From Candidatus Latescibacterota bacterium (GTDB taxonomy: Bacteria; Latescibacterota; UBA2968): a stretch of DNA of 64,000 nucleotides. Within the stretch, counting starts at the first letter, position 1. Each line of letters opens with the position of its first letter. The notes under the pieces were generated by a model, which was not told the DNA's origin, did not search any database, and was given only the letters and a program-made list of their open reading frames with translations. Both the position numbers and the translations under genes were made by a program. This document shows, in pieces, positions 37,737-47,893 of this stretch. The stretch is taken from assembly GCA_965204375.1 (NCBI GenBank), contig OZ241986.1, positions 4,960,001 to 5,024,000 on the forward strand, written 5' to 3'.

Positions 37737-38216
37737 TCACTTGTGATAACTTTCACCTCTGATAATCGTGAAAGCGCGATAGAGTTGCTCGAGCAAGATA
37801 ACGCGCGCCAATTCGTGCGGAAAGGTCATAGGTGAAAGTGACAAATGCCAATCTGCACGCGACAAAACTCGAGATGCAAGCCCAAAAGGGCCGCCAATGA
37901 GAAAAATGAGGCGGCTTTTTCTTTGTACGCGCAGATAGTCCAGGCGTTTGGCTAAAATTTCAGAACTACACAATTTGCCAGAAGGCCCGAGAGCAACCAC
38001 AGTGGCATCTGGATGCAGCGCGCTTAAGAGACGATGGCCTTCCTTTTCGATAATATCAGACACACGGGCATTTTTGCCACCGCGCTCTTCGCGTACTTCA
38101 ATCTCATCACAAGCGACGTAGTGCTTCAGCCGTTTGATATAATTTTGCGCGGCATCTCGATAACACGCGTCTTTGAACTTACCCACAGTGAGCAAAGTGA
38201 TCTGCATATTTGCCAT
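37737..38216 (-). CDS. rlmH: 23S rRNA (pseudouridine1915-N3)-methyltransferase
   Basis: FLIGGP.G, SLS.MTFPH.LAR.ILLEQLYRA, C-terminal YHK. Confidence 0.95.
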   Translation of the reverse strand: MANMQITLLTVGKFKDACYRDAAQNYIKRLKHYVACDEIEVREERGGKNARVSDIIEKEGHRLLSALHPDATVVALGPSGKLCSSEILAKRLDYLRVQRKSRLIFLIGGPFGLASRVLSRADWHLSLSPMTFPHELARVILLEQLYRAFTIIRGESYHK

Positions 38217-38325
38217 TATACTCAGATTTGATATGTTTTACAAGAAACTTGTTCACCGCCCCAAAAAACGGTATAATATCAAGATGCAAAAATTTTCTCT
38301 CACCTCATTCTTATAGAATAGAACC

Positions 38326-40098
38326 ATGCGCTCTCGATTTTTGACATTTTTTACGATCTGCATACTATATGGATCGAGCTGTGCCGAGTTGTACATGTCC
38401 GTCGATGATATCCAGCGCGGCATGAAAGGCGTTGGCCGCACGGTATTTCAAGGCACCCGCATCGATACATTTGGCGTCGAAGTTTTGGGTGTTTTACGCA
38501 ATGTCTTTGGCCCAAAAAGCGATATGATTCTCGCCCGGTTATCCGGTGGCCCCATGGCGCAAACGGGTGTCATCGCCGGCATGAGTGGCAGTCCGGTATA
38601 TATCGAGGGCAAACTCGTCGGCGCAGTCGGCTACAGCATTGGTGCATTCGCCGAAGAACCAATTGCGGGGATCACGCCGATTGGCGAAATGATGACGGTG
38701 CTTCAACGCACATCGCGGGACACCTTGTCGGACGCGACTTATGGATCTGCGCCGTGGAATGGACAAATAGATGGCGTACATGGCGGTGTGCTAAAACCCG
38801 TGGCTGTACCTTTAATGCTCTCGGGATTTGCTCAGCAAGTGGTCGTGGAATATCGAGAAGAATTGTCAAAATACGGCCTGTTGCCCATGCAGGGTGGAGG
38901 TGGAACAGACCCATCCCTATCTGTCGGTCCATTTGAACCGGGCGCGCCTCTGGGCGTGCAATTGGTCCGGGGCGACCTCAGTGTCACGGGTATTGGCACG
39001 CTGACGCATCGCGTGGGTGATAAGGTCGTGGGATTTGGGCATCCCCTGTTATTTGGCGGCCGCACGGCGATGTCTATGACCGCAGCATTTATTCACGAAG
39101 TGATTTCCAGCCAGATGCTTTCGTTTAAGGTGGGCACTGCATCGCGACATATCGGTGTGATTTTACAAGATCGCGCACCGGGCATTGCTGGCGTAATAGG
39201 ATCTGAAGCAGAAATGATGCCTGTGCGTATCTCTGTCGTATCTCCCAACCACGATGCTTCGTTTAATATGGAGGTATTTCGACACAGAGAATTGGGCCCG
39301 TTGCTGGTGCGAATGGCCGTAGCGACCTCTGTTATCTCCGCTGAGAAATTGACGGGTGAAACCACTGTTGCAGGACAATTGACGTTGCACATGCCCAAAC
39401 GCGAACCCGTGATTCTAAAAAATAAGTACGCAGGGACTCAGGGGCTTGGGTTGGCGGTATTGGGCTTGACACAACCCCTTGCGCAAGTGATCCAGAATCC
39501 TTTTGTCGATGCCAATATTGACTCGGCTATATTTCAATTATCCGTTGAGGAACGCACCCAAAGTGCGCGTATTGAAGGGCTGCGATTGGATCGTTCGCGC
39601 TACGAACCGGGCGATACAGTACACGTCTCTATTGCGCTGGCTCCTTTGCTGGGCAAGCGCGAGACCGTAGATGTCGCCTTGCCAATTCCCGGGTTTATGG
39701 CATCAGGACGTTTGATATTGCAGATTGTAAATGAACGCGAACAGCGATTACAAGATATGAAACGCTCCTCTTATCAACCCAAAACACTGGATGGACTGAT
39801 TGGTCTGATCGAGAAATCGGGGCGCAATGATGTGCTCATTGCGAGATTCATAGCTTCTCGCCCCAGCGTGACAATGGGCGGACACGAAATTTCGGGACTG
39901 CCCACTTCGGTTCTGTCAGCACTATCACTGGCACGTGGATCAGATGTCGTGCAAAAATCACAGCAGTCGGTGTATAGCCAAAAACACGTACGGACTAACT
40001 ATGTATTGACCGGCAGTCAAACGGCACTTCTGGTCGTGGGCAAAGACGGTAGTGCAACATTTTCAAGCAGGAGAGGTTCAGGTGAAGAAAAAAGATAG
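38326..40098 (+). CDS. SpoIVB-like peptidase S55 domain exported protein
   Basis: Signal-like N-terminus, GMKG.G.TVF.G, IAGMSGSPVY (catalytic Ser), GIGT.T, FGHP. Confidence 0.8.
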   Translation: MRSRFLTFFTICILYGSSCAELYMSVDDIQRGMKGVGRTVFQGTRIDTFGVEVLGVLRNVFGPKSDMILARLSGGPMAQTGVIAGMSGSPVYIEGKLVGAVGYSIGAFAEEPIAGITPIGEMMTVLQRTSRDTLSDATYGSAPWNGQIDGVHGGVLKPVAVPLMLSGFAQQVVVEYREELSKYGLLPMQGGGGTDPSLSVGPFEPGAPLGVQLVRGDLSVTGIGTLTHRVGDKVVGFGHPLLFGGRTAMSMTAAFIHEVISSQMLSFKVGTASRHIGVILQDRAPGIAGVIGSEAEMMPVRISVVSPNHDASFNMEVFRHRELGPLLVRMAVATSVISAEKLTGETTVAGQLTLHMPKREPVILKNKYAGTQGLGLAVLGLTQPLAQVIQNPFVDANIDSAIFQLSVEERTQSARIEGLRLDRSRYEPGDTVHVSIALAPLLGKRETVDVALPIPGFMASGRLILQIVNEREQRLQDMKRSSYQPKTLDGLIGLIEKSGRNDVLIARFIASRPSVTMGGHEISGLPTSVLSALSLARGSDVVQKSQQSVYSQKHVRTNYVLTGSQTALLVVGKDGSATFSSRRGSGEEKR

Positions 40099-42112
40099 AA
40101 TATTGAGAGCGGGGATGACACATGTGCTGCTTTTTATCTTCCTTGGAACAATCGCAAACGCGGTGTCACCCAAAATTTGGCGAGAAGATTCACAGACGGC
40201 TTTCCTGAAAGGAGAACCCGATGGCGTGTCGCTCACTCGGGAAGGCACAGTGACATTGGCGCCATCCTATAAACGGGTAGCAGATACAGGTGAAGACTTT
40301 GTGTGGGCACTATCTGTAGATAAGGAAAAAACCCTGTACATCGGAACCGGTAATAAAGGTCGAATTTACATGCTCAAACCCGACAGCGATCGGGCAGAAC
40401 TGTTATTTGATTCCCCCGATTCCGCAACAGTTCACATTTTTAGCCTCGCCATTGGCGCAGATGGTGCTGTTTACGCGGGCACATCGCCGGGCGGGCTGAT
40501 TTATCGCATTGCACCGGGACGAGAACCCACGGAATTTTGTCAGACAGGTGATCGCCATGTATTTGCAATAGTCGCACGTCCAGACGGTGGCTTATACGCG
40601 GGTACAGGCGGTGACCAGGGACGCGTTTTGAAAATTGACAAACAGGGCAAAGTCACCGCGCTCTACGCGTGCAAAGATCCCAATGTGGTATCGCTCGCGA
40701 TAGGTGCTCAGGGCGACCTCTATGCGAGCACAGATAACAGCGGCCTGATTTATCGGGTGCGCGATCAGGGTGGTGCAGATGTACTTTACGATGCCCGTGA
40801 AAAAGAGATTCACTCGCTGAGTGTAGCGCCAAATGGCACAATTTACGCAACAGCGATGGCGCAAAGCGGTCGGACAGAAGGAAATGGAAGAGAGCAAAAA
40901 AGGTCAGATCAATCCGGCGCAACACTGTATGCGATCCGACCTTCGGGATTGGCAATGCGACTTTGGATCACCGATGATCCGATGTTGTTGGATTCCGTAA
41001 TAGATCCCGATGGAACAGTAAAAGTCGTTACGGGAAAACACGGGCGCGTGTATCGCGTTTGGCCCGATGGCAACGCCACTTTGCTCGCAGAATTAAAAGA
41101 TGTAAATCCCTGGGTAATGATTGCCGCACACAATAATGCAATGTGGATTGGATGTAGCGGATCAGGAGAAATTTATCGAATAGAAAAAGAATTTGCTCGG
41201 GAAGGGCAACTCACTTCTGAACCTTATGACTTTGATCGGGTATCGCATTGGGGGCGCGTATCGTGGCAAAGCGAAACACCAGCAGAAACATCGGTCGCTG
41301 TTCAAACGCGGTCCGGCAACAGCGAAGAACCCGACGATACGTGGAGCGCGTGGTCAGAGCCAATCACCACATCGGGAAAACCTATTACCAGTCGCCCAGG
41401 GCGTTTTTTGCAATATCGGTTGATATTGAAGACACAATCAGAAGATGCGACACCACTGGTGCGTTCTATCAAACTCGCGGGCTTGCAGGACAATGTTCAT
41501 CCCAGAATATTACGGGTTAAAGCCGAGGCCGACCAATCTGGTAACGAAGGTGAAAATTCAGAATTTATGGAAAAAGGCGTGTGGAAAATTGATTGGACTG
41601 CCGGTGATGCCAACGACGACGCCTTGATTTATACCCTGTATTTTAGAAGTATTGGCGAACCGCACTGGCGGCTGTTAAAAGACGACTTGAAGACCTCACA
41701 TTATTTTTGGCACACCGAAGCTGTTCCCGATGGCACGGTCGAAGTTAAGGTCGTCGCATCAGACCGGTTGGACAATCCCATCGAATTAACAGCCGAGGCG
41801 GTCAGCGCGCCCTTTGAGATTGATAATTCGGCACCAACTGTGCAGTTGCACAACATAAGGCAGATCGACAAAAAAGTACGCGTAACCGGTTCAATCCAGG
41901 ACGCTGCCACTGCAATTTACAAGGCAGCGTACTCACTCAATTCCGACGATTGGAAGGTGGTCTTTCCCACTGACCAGATATTTGATTCGCCGACAGAGAC
42001 ACTGAATTTTTCTATTCAAAATCTGAAAACCGGCTCTTATACACTCGTAGTAAAAGCGGAAGATGCACTGGGCAATGTGGGTGTTGGAAAAACCGTTTTT
42101 GAAGTGAAATAG
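40082..42112 (+). CDS. Exported beta-propeller repeat protein with C-terminal Ig-like domains
   Basis: Signal peptide (ANA/V), repeated (L/V)Y.GT...G.(I/V)Y blades, RSGN...PD.TWS.WS. GTG start inferred. Confidence 0.7.
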   Translation: MKKKDRILRAGMTHVLLFIFLGTIANAVSPKIWREDSQTAFLKGEPDGVSLTREGTVTLAPSYKRVADTGEDFVWALSVDKEKTLYIGTGNKGRIYMLKPDSDRAELLFDSPDSATVHIFSLAIGADGAVYAGTSPGGLIYRIAPGREPTEFCQTGDRHVFAIVARPDGGLYAGTGGDQGRVLKIDKQGKVTALYACKDPNVVSLAIGAQGDLYASTDNSGLIYRVRDQGGADVLYDAREKEIHSLSVAPNGTIYATAMAQSGRTEGNGREQKRSDQSGATLYAIRPSGLAMRLWITDDPMLLDSVIDPDGTVKVVTGKHGRVYRVWPDGNATLLAELKDVNPWVMIAAHNNAMWIGCSGSGEIYRIEKEFAREGQLTSEPYDFDRVSHWGRVSWQSETPAETSVAVQTRSGNSEEPDDTWSAWSEPITTSGKPITSRPGRFLQYRLILKTQSEDATPLVRSIKLAGLQDNVHPRILRVKAEADQSGNEGENSEFMEKGVWKIDWTAGDANDDALIYTLYFRSIGEPHWRLLKDDLKTSHYFWHTEAVPDGTVEVKVVASDRLDNPIELTAEAVSAPFEIDNSAPTVQLHNIRQIDKKVRVTGSIQDAATAIYKAAYSLNSDDWKVVFPTDQIFDSPTETLNFSIQNLKTGSYTLVVKAEDALGNVGVGKTVFEVK

Positions 42113-42113
42113 T

Positions 42114-42143
42114 ATCCGCAGATGGACGCAGATGGACGCAGAT
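42114..42143 (+). repeat. (GACGCAGATG)n short repeat, copy 1
   Basis: ATCCGCAGATGGACGCAGATGGACGCAGAT; related copies at 47741-47800 and, inverted, at 51641-51700. Confidence 0.85.
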
Positions 42144-42159
42144 AAAAAGGCGAGAGCAG

Positions 42160-42894
42160 GTGACGACTGGCGAGCTGAGCGGACTGATCACTAACTCCCG
42201 AAAGCTATACATGAATGAAGCTGAAACCAAATATCGGTCAACTGGATTGCCTTTTGTCACCTTAAAGCTGGCGCAAACACTGGACGGCAACATCGCCACC
42301 TGCACGGGCGACTCGAAGTGGATCACATCAAAAGCATCGCGTGTGCGCGGGCATCAACTTCGCGCAGAAGCCGACGCAATTCTGGTCGGGCGCGGCACTG
42401 TGATGGCCGACGACCCGGAATTATCCGTGCGATATGTCGATGGATGTAGCCCGACAAAAATCGTTCTGGATTCTCAGCTAAAAATTGGACTAAACGCCAA
42501 AATTTTTAGCGGGGCACCTCTGATTATAGCAACCGCTGAAGAAGTGTGCAAAAAACGGATGAAAGAACGAAAAAAAAAAGGAGCGCAGGTCTGGCAGTTG
42601 CCAATACTGAATGGTCAAATAGACTTGAAGGCGGTCTTGCAAAAAGCCGCCCTATCGGGATTGCAACACGTCCTGATTGAAGGCGGCAGTCGCGTGGCTG
42701 CATCGGCATTGCGCCTGGGCCTGGTAGATCGAATAGCCGCATTTGTCGCACCCAAAATCTTGGGCGCGGGAATACCCGCAATCGGATCATTAGATATTGC
42801 TTCAATAACCGATGCAATTGCACTCGAAAACGTGAAAGTCGAATCCATCGGCGATGATTTTCTATTCACTGCTCGCGTTGCGAAACCGCACTGA
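42160..42894 (+). CDS. ribD: RibD C-terminal reductase domain only (no deaminase domain)
   Basis: TGLPFVTLKLAQTLDG, SKWITS, DAILVG.GTV.ADDP, LIEGG. No HAE/PCxxC deaminase motifs upstream. Start uncertain (42160 or 42211). Confidence 0.8.
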   Translation: MTTGELSGLITNSRKLYMNEAETKYRSTGLPFVTLKLAQTLDGNIATCTGDSKWITSKASRVRGHQLRAEADAILVGRGTVMADDPELSVRYVDGCSPTKIVLDSQLKIGLNAKIFSGAPLIIATAEEVCKKRMKERKKKGAQVWQLPILNGQIDLKAVLQKAALSGLQHVLIEGGSRVAASALRLGLVDRIAAFVAPKILGAGIPAIGSLDIASITDAIALENVKVESIGDDFLFTARVAKPH

Positions 42895-42925
42895 TTGATC
42901 ATGTCGTAAATCAGGGAGACGCAAA

Positions 42926-43249
42926 ATGGCAACCGATGAACAACTGAAAAGTTATGCCGAATCGCTCCCACCCATTTATCGGGAAATCTTGACTGCCTTT
43001 CCGCGCCTGGAACCCGGTCGCAAACAGGGCTACGGTCTCGCTTTTCAAACTCTTGAAGTAGATTTGAAAAGCTATAACTTAGGAGAGATCGTCCAGGCAT
43101 GCGAGCAGCTACAGCAACACGAACTTGTAGAGGTTAAACACAAAATATTTGTGCATCCGACGCAGCTTGGCGAGCACCTGATCGGTATCATTACTGGCCA
43201 TAACGCGCCGGTAATCCAGGTGCCGGAATTGCCTGCACTGCCAACTTAG
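42926..43249 (+). CDS. Hypothetical 107-aa winged-helix-like protein, paralog 1
   Basis: GGAG RBS; helical core then LVEV...FVHPTQLG, resembling a wHTH wing and T..G motif; 75/107 identical to the next ORF. Confidence 0.75.
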   Translation: MATDEQLKSYAESLPPIYREILTAFPRLEPGRKQGYGLAFQTLEVDLKSYNLGEIVQACEQLQQHELVEVKHKIFVHPTQLGEHLIGIITGHNAPVIQVPELPALPT

Positions 43250-43259
43250 GAGATACAAA

Positions 43260-43583
43260 ATGGCAACCGATGAACAACTGAAAAGTTATACCGAATCGCT
43301 CCCACCCATTTATCGGGAAATCTTGGCCGCCTTTCCGCGAATAGCTCCCAGCCGCGGACCGGGCTACGGGCAAACATATCAAACTCTTGAAGTAGATTTG
43401 GAGAGCTACAGTTTTGGAGAGATCATCCAGGCATGCAAGCTGCTAGAGCAACGTGACATAGTCGAAATTAAACACACTAATTTTGTGTGTCCAACAGAGC
43501 TTGGGGAGCGCCTTATCGGTATCATTACAGGTCAAAGTGCGTTGGAAGTTCGAGTGCCGGAGTTGCCGGCACTGCCAACGTAA
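43260..43583 (+). CDS. Hypothetical 107-aa winged-helix-like protein, paralog 2
   Basis: AGGAG RBS overlapping the previous stop; colinear with paralog 1. Confidence 0.75.
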   Translation: MATDEQLKSYTESLPPIYREILAAFPRIAPSRGPGYGQTYQTLEVDLESYSFGEIIQACKLLEQRDIVEIKHTNFVCPTELGERLIGIITGQSALEVRVPELPALPT

Positions 43584-43593
43584 AGGAACTGTC

Positions 43594-44202
43594 GTGTTCT
43601 GGCAACTTCAGTCCTTCCCTGTTTGTACCCATCATGTATTTCTGTCCTACTGTCGCGAAGATATGGAATGGCTGGCAGATCCTTTGAGTGAGGCATTGCG
43701 CCGTGAAGACATCAGTCCTTGGCTTGATCGCCATGATTACCCCTATGGTCGCACTTCACTCGCGGCACTCCGTGACGGAGTGTTGAAATGTCGTCATACT
43801 GTGTTCCTCGTAACTGATGCGATGCTGGATCAGCCGCGAGGCTGGGGGATAGTGGAACTCGCCTGGGCCGATCTATTGCAGGAGAATTTGCACATGGCTA
43901 GCGGTGTCCTACAAAACATTATGCTGCCGCTACTTTTCCTCCCACGAGACGATGAGCGACTCTTGCGTTCAGTCTGGCAATCGATCCGCGATCGCGCTGC
44001 CTTCCATAGTCCACAGGATGGAGACGCTATAGATTGGGCCGTTCGTCAGATTGACTTATTTATCCGGCGAGAAGAAAAACGAGGACAGGATATTTTTAAT
44101 GGGATTCGGTACGATTCCCTTACATACGCTCGCTTAAAGGCCCAACCAGGACTTATCGAACGATTTACGGCTCAGCACCCCAAGCCCGCACCCGTTCAGT
44201 AA
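43594..44202 (+). CDS. TIR-domain protein
   Basis: VFLSY..ED, PWLD and W...EL (WGIVELAW, putative catalytic Glu). GTG at 43594 behind AAGGA. Confidence 0.8.
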   Translation: MFWQLQSFPVCTHHVFLSYCREDMEWLADPLSEALRREDISPWLDRHDYPYGRTSLAALRDGVLKCRHTVFLVTDAMLDQPRGWGIVELAWADLLQENLHMASGVLQNIMLPLLFLPRDDERLLRSVWQSIRDRAAFHSPQDGDAIDWAVRQIDLFIRREEKRGQDIFNGIRYDSLTYARLKAQPGLIERFTAQHPKPAPVQ

Positions 44203-44214
44203 GGCTAATTGCTT

Positions 44215-44859
44215 ATGTTTACTGGCATTGTAGAGGAAGTGGGAACAATTCGGCATATTGAATCGCGCGCGGGTTATCAGCGCACGACCATAGCAGCAAA
44301 GCAAGTGCTCAATGGCGTAAAAATAGGCGACAGCATTGCCATTGAAGGTGCGTGCCATACCGTCGTACATTTTGATGCCGACACATTTGCGATCGAATCC
44401 GTAGCAGAAACACTGCAAAGAACCACATTGGGTGATTGCCGCGTGGGCAGCCGCGTTAATTTAGAGCGATCTTTAAAACTCGGCGACCGCCTCGACGGTC
44501 ATCTCGTTGCCGCACACGTCGATGGCGTGGGGCGCGTGACAGGCCGCACAGAATCTCCCGATCAAATTTTATTTGAGTTTGAAGTACCGCTTGAGTTGGC
44601 CCCTTATATTGCTGAAAAAGGCTCTGTCACCGTCAACGGAATCAGCCTGACAGTAGTTTCAGTAACAGACCGCACTTTTTCGATCGCGGCAATTCCGCAC
44701 ACGCTAAAAGTTACGACATTATCGGAAAAATATCCGGGTGACCGGGTAAATATCGAAGTGGATATGATCGCGCGTTACCTGGAGCGATTGGTGCAACCTG
44801 GGAATGGAAAAAATATGCTCACGGAAGATCGCATTGGGGCGATGATGAGCGACCGTTAA
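44215..44859 (+). CDS. ribE: Riboflavin synthase (alpha chain)
   Basis: [33 protein letters not shown]. Confidence 0.95.
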   Translation: MFTGIVEEVGTIRHIESRAGYQRTTIAAKQVLNGVKIGDSIAIEGACHTVVHFDADTFAIESVAETLQRTTLGDCRVGSRVNLERSLKLGDRLDGHLVAAHVDGVGRVTGRTESPDQILFEFEVPLELAPYIAEKGSVTVNGISLTVVSVTDRTFSIAAIPHTLKVTTLSEKYPGDRVNIEVDMIARYLERLVQPGNGKNMLTEDRIGAMMSDR

Positions 44860-44876
44860 TTTACAGAGAGATATAT

Positions 44877-46127
44877 ATGGGCAAAATCGCAACAATCGAA
44901 GACACCCTCGAAGATATTCGAGCGGGAAAAATCGTCATTGTGGTCGATGACGAAGACCGGGAAAATGAAGGCGACTTCATCATGGCCGCGGAAAAGGTCA
45001 CACCTGAAGCCATTAATTTTATGGCGCGCCATGGACGCGGACTGATCTGTCTGCCCGCAACCCCCGACCGCCTCAAAGAACTCGACCTGGACATGATGGT
45101 CAATACCAACACAGCGCTTCACGGCACGCCATTCACGGTGAGCATCGACGCGCTCTACGGCGTGGCAACCGGTATCTCCGCACAGGACCGGGCGGAAACC
45201 ATTCGACAATTTGTAGATCCCAAATCGCAGCCTGAAAATTTTGGCCGACCAGGTCATATTTTCCCCCTTCGCGCAATGCCCGGCGGGGTCTTGCGGCGAG
45301 CGGGACACACAGAAGCAGCGGTAGATCTGGCGCGTTTGGCCGGCCTGTATCCCGCCGGTGTACTGTGTGAAATACTAAATGAAGACGGCACCATGGCACG
45401 TTTGCCACAGCTTTTGGAAATTGCCGACCAATTTGGCTTGAAAGTGACGACCATTCACGATCTAATTGCCTATCGCCGTCGTTTCGAAAAACTGGTGCGC
45501 TGTGTCGAGCAAGTAGATATGCCCACGCGATTTGGCGTATTTCAATTACACCTGTATGAAAGCGACGTAGATGAACGCGAACACGTCGCACTGGTAAAAG
45601 GCGATCTTTCCGGCGATGCACCCGTAATGGTGCGGATGCACTCCGAATGCCTGACGGGCGACTCACTCGGCTCATTGCGCTGTGACTGCGAAAAAAACTT
45701 ACACTCAGCACTCGAGATGATCGAAAAAGAAGGACGCGGGGCACTGGTGTATATGCGGCAGGAAGGGCGAGGTATTGGCCTGCGGGCAAAATTACACGCG
45801 TACAAACTGCAGGAAGAGGGATATGATACCGTAGAGGCCAACCTGAAACTCGGATTTAAAATGGACGAACGAGACTATGGCATTGGCGCGCAAATTTTGT
45901 CGGATTTGGGAATCAGCAAAGTCGCACTCATCACCAATAATCCATCAAAGCGCGTGGGTCTGGAAGCGTATGGAATAGAAATTATAGACAGCATCCCGGT
46001 CGCCATTCAGGTCAACAAATGGAACCTGTCATATATGCGAACCAAGCAGGAAAAAATGGGGCATTTGTTTAAAGAGGACGAATTGCAATTAGGCGATGAA
46101 GGAGATAGTGATGCCCAAAGTTTATGA
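44877..46127 (+). CDS. ribBA: Bifunctional DHBP synthase / GTP cyclohydrolase II
   Basis: [38 protein letters not shown]. Confidence 0.96.
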   Translation: MGKIATIEDTLEDIRAGKIVIVVDDEDRENEGDFIMAAEKVTPEAINFMARHGRGLICLPATPDRLKELDLDMMVNTNTALHGTPFTVSIDALYGVATGISAQDRAETIRQFVDPKSQPENFGRPGHIFPLRAMPGGVLRRAGHTEAAVDLARLAGLYPAGVLCEILNEDGTMARLPQLLEIADQFGLKVTTIHDLIAYRRRFEKLVRCVEQVDMPTRFGVFQLHLYESDVDEREHVALVKGDLSGDAPVMVRMHSECLTGDSLGSLRCDCEKNLHSALEMIEKEGRGALVYMRQEGRGIGLRAKLHAYKLQEEGYDTVEANLKLGFKMDERDYGIGAQILSDLGISKVALITNNPSKRVGLEAYGIEIIDSIPVAIQVNKWNLSYMRTKQEKMGHLFKEDELQLGDEGDSDAQSL

Positions 46128-46587
46128 AGGTCAGTTATCGGCAGAAGGCATGCGATTTGGCATTGTGGTGGGGCGATTCAATGCGTTTATCAGCAAAGAA
46201 TTGCTCGGTGGCGCGCTCGATTGTATTGCGCGACACGGTGGCGACACAGATGCCATAGACGTGGTATGGGTGCCGGGAAGTTTTGAAATTCCCACGATGG
46301 CACAAAAAATGGCGCAAAGCGGTCGATATGACGCGCTGATCTGTCTGGGCGCAGTAATCAGAGGTAGCACGCCGCATTTTGACTACGTATGCAACGAAGC
46401 TTCAAAAGGGGTGGCGTCCGTTGGCCGCGAAACAGGTGTGCCCACCATATTTGGCATTTTGACAACCGACACCATTGAACAGGCGATTGAGCGGGCGGGA
46501 ACAAAAGCCGGGAATAAGGGCTGGGAAGCCGCTCTGGGCGCGATTGAAATGATTGGCGTTATCGCCGCCTGGGAGGCGGAAAAATGA
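46111..46587 (+). CDS. ribH: 6,7-dimethyl-8-ribityllumazine synthase
   Basis: [26 protein letters not shown]. Confidence 0.96.
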   Translation: MPKVYEGQLSAEGMRFGIVVGRFNAFISKELLGGALDCIARHGGDTDAIDVVWVPGSFEIPTMAQKMAQSGRYDALICLGAVIRGSTPHFDYVCNEASKGVASVGRETGVPTIFGILTTDTIEQAIERAGTKAGNKGWEAALGAIEMIGVIAAWEAEK

Positions 46588-47006
46588 TTAAATCGAGGCG
46601 CAAAGCGCGTCAGGCTGCGTTGCAAGCACTCTACTGGACTGCAAGTGTGGGCGATCCAGTACAACAGACAGCGCAGACCATGTGCATCCGCGCACGCCTT
46701 TCGGCATCAACCTCGGATTTTGCGATCAATCTGGCTCAAACAGCCTGGGAACACCGCGAAGAACTGGACGCATCTATTGAACCCGTGCTGGAAAATTGGT
46801 CATTGGACCGGGTTTCGCGCATCGACCGAATCGTGCTCTGGATAGCCCTTGCGGAAATGCGCTATTTCAAAGATATTCCCTACAAAGTCTCTATTGACGA
46901 AGCCATAGAACTGGCCAAGCAATTTAGCGAAGCCAATGCTTCTAACTTTATCAACGGTATTCTCGATACCCTGTCCAAGATGAATGCGGAACAACCCAAT
47001 GGATAA
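46584..47006 (+). CDS. nusB: Transcription antitermination factor NusB
   Basis: [28 protein letters not shown]; follows ribH. Confidence 0.93.
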   Translation: MIKSRRKARQAALQALYWTASVGDPVQQTAQTMCIRARLSASTSDFAINLAQTAWEHREELDASIEPVLENWSLDRVSRIDRIVLWIALAEMRYFKDIPYKVSIDEAIELAKQFSEANASNFINGILDTLSKMNAEQPNG

Positions 47007-47733
47007 TATTGGACGCATTGCAATTTTTTCAGATGTACACGGGAATCTCGAAGCCTTGCAAACCGTGCTGGAAAAAATTGCAGAAGCACAGGTGGATCGG
47101 ATTATTTGTTTGGGCGATATGGTCGGATATGGCGCAGACCCCAATATATGTATAGAGCGTGTGCGCGAAGTATCGGACCTCGTGCTGGCGGGCAATCACG
47201 ATTGGGCAGCTGTGGGCCTGGAAGATCCGGGGTTTTTCAACCCCGTGGCACTGGCGGCAATACAATGGACCGTTCAAATGCTGAGTGATGAGAACGCCTC
47301 GCTATTGCGTTCTTATCAACCCTTTCAAAATGAATCTGCTTATTGTTATGCCCACGCTTCGCCAATTGAACCCGAGTTGTGGCACTATTTATTCGACCCC
47401 GAAGATGGCTGGTCAATGCTCGCTCAAACCAATTTCGAGATGTGTTTTGTCGGGCATTCTCACCGTGCATTTGTGTGCTCGGCATCTCAAAAAACAGTAC
47501 TTACGCGCGAAGGAGAAGTCCAGTTGTCCGACAATGATCGCTATCTCGTAAATGTTGGCAGTGTAGGACAACCTCGCGACGGCGATGCGCGGGCGGCTTT
47601 TGTCGTTTGGGATCGGGAAAATGGGAACCTCCAATTGCGCCGCGTGTCTTACGATGTGGCAACAGCACAGGCCAAAATTCTATCCGCGGGACTTCCGCCT
47701 TTTTTGGCCGAACGCATCGAACTTGGGATGTGA
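46999..47733 (+). CDS. Metallophosphoesterase family protein
   Basis: SDVHGN, LGDMVGYG, GNHD, GHSH, NVGSVGQPRD. Confidence 0.9.
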   Translation: MDNIGRIAIFSDVHGNLEALQTVLEKIAEAQVDRIICLGDMVGYGADPNICIERVREVSDLVLAGNHDWAAVGLEDPGFFNPVALAAIQWTVQMLSDENASLLRSYQPFQNESAYCYAHASPIEPELWHYLFDPEDGWSMLAQTNFEMCFVGHSHRAFVCSASQKTVLTREGEVQLSDNDRYLVNVGSVGQPRDGDARAAFVVWDRENGNLQLRRVSYDVATAQAKILSAGLPPFLAERIELGM

Positions 47734-47740
47734 AGGTAGG

Positions 47741-47800
47741 AAGTGGGATCCGCAGATGACGCAGATGGACGCAGATGAAGAAGAAGGGCTGGGAAGTGAA
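47741..47800 (+). repeat. ~60-bp dispersed repeat, copy 2
   Basis: AAGTGGGATCCGCAGATGACGCAGATGGACGCAGATGAAGAAGAAGGGCTGGGAAGTGAA; nearly the reverse complement of 51641-51700. Confidence 0.85.
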
Positions 47801-47812
47801 ATTAAGTACCTC

Positions 47813-47845
47813 CGTCATTGCGGCACGCTTAAAGCCGCAATCCAG
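47813..47845. repeat. CGTC-type REP-like palindrome
   Basis: CGTC-ATTGCGGC...GCCGCAAT-CCAG. Confidence 0.5.
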
Positions 47846-47893
47846 TGGGGGTAGTGGGGAGTCCCCTCACTTCATTATCCACAGGACAACAAT

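Noticed and set aside
37717-37760. rlmH 3' end as an integration site, as for SCC elements
   Set aside because: No recombinase, att duplication or cargo next to it.
43594-44202. Calling the TIR gene a Thoeris, CBASS or Pycsar system
   Set aside because: No ThsA (SIR2/Macro/SLOG), cyclase, STING or other known partner in the window.
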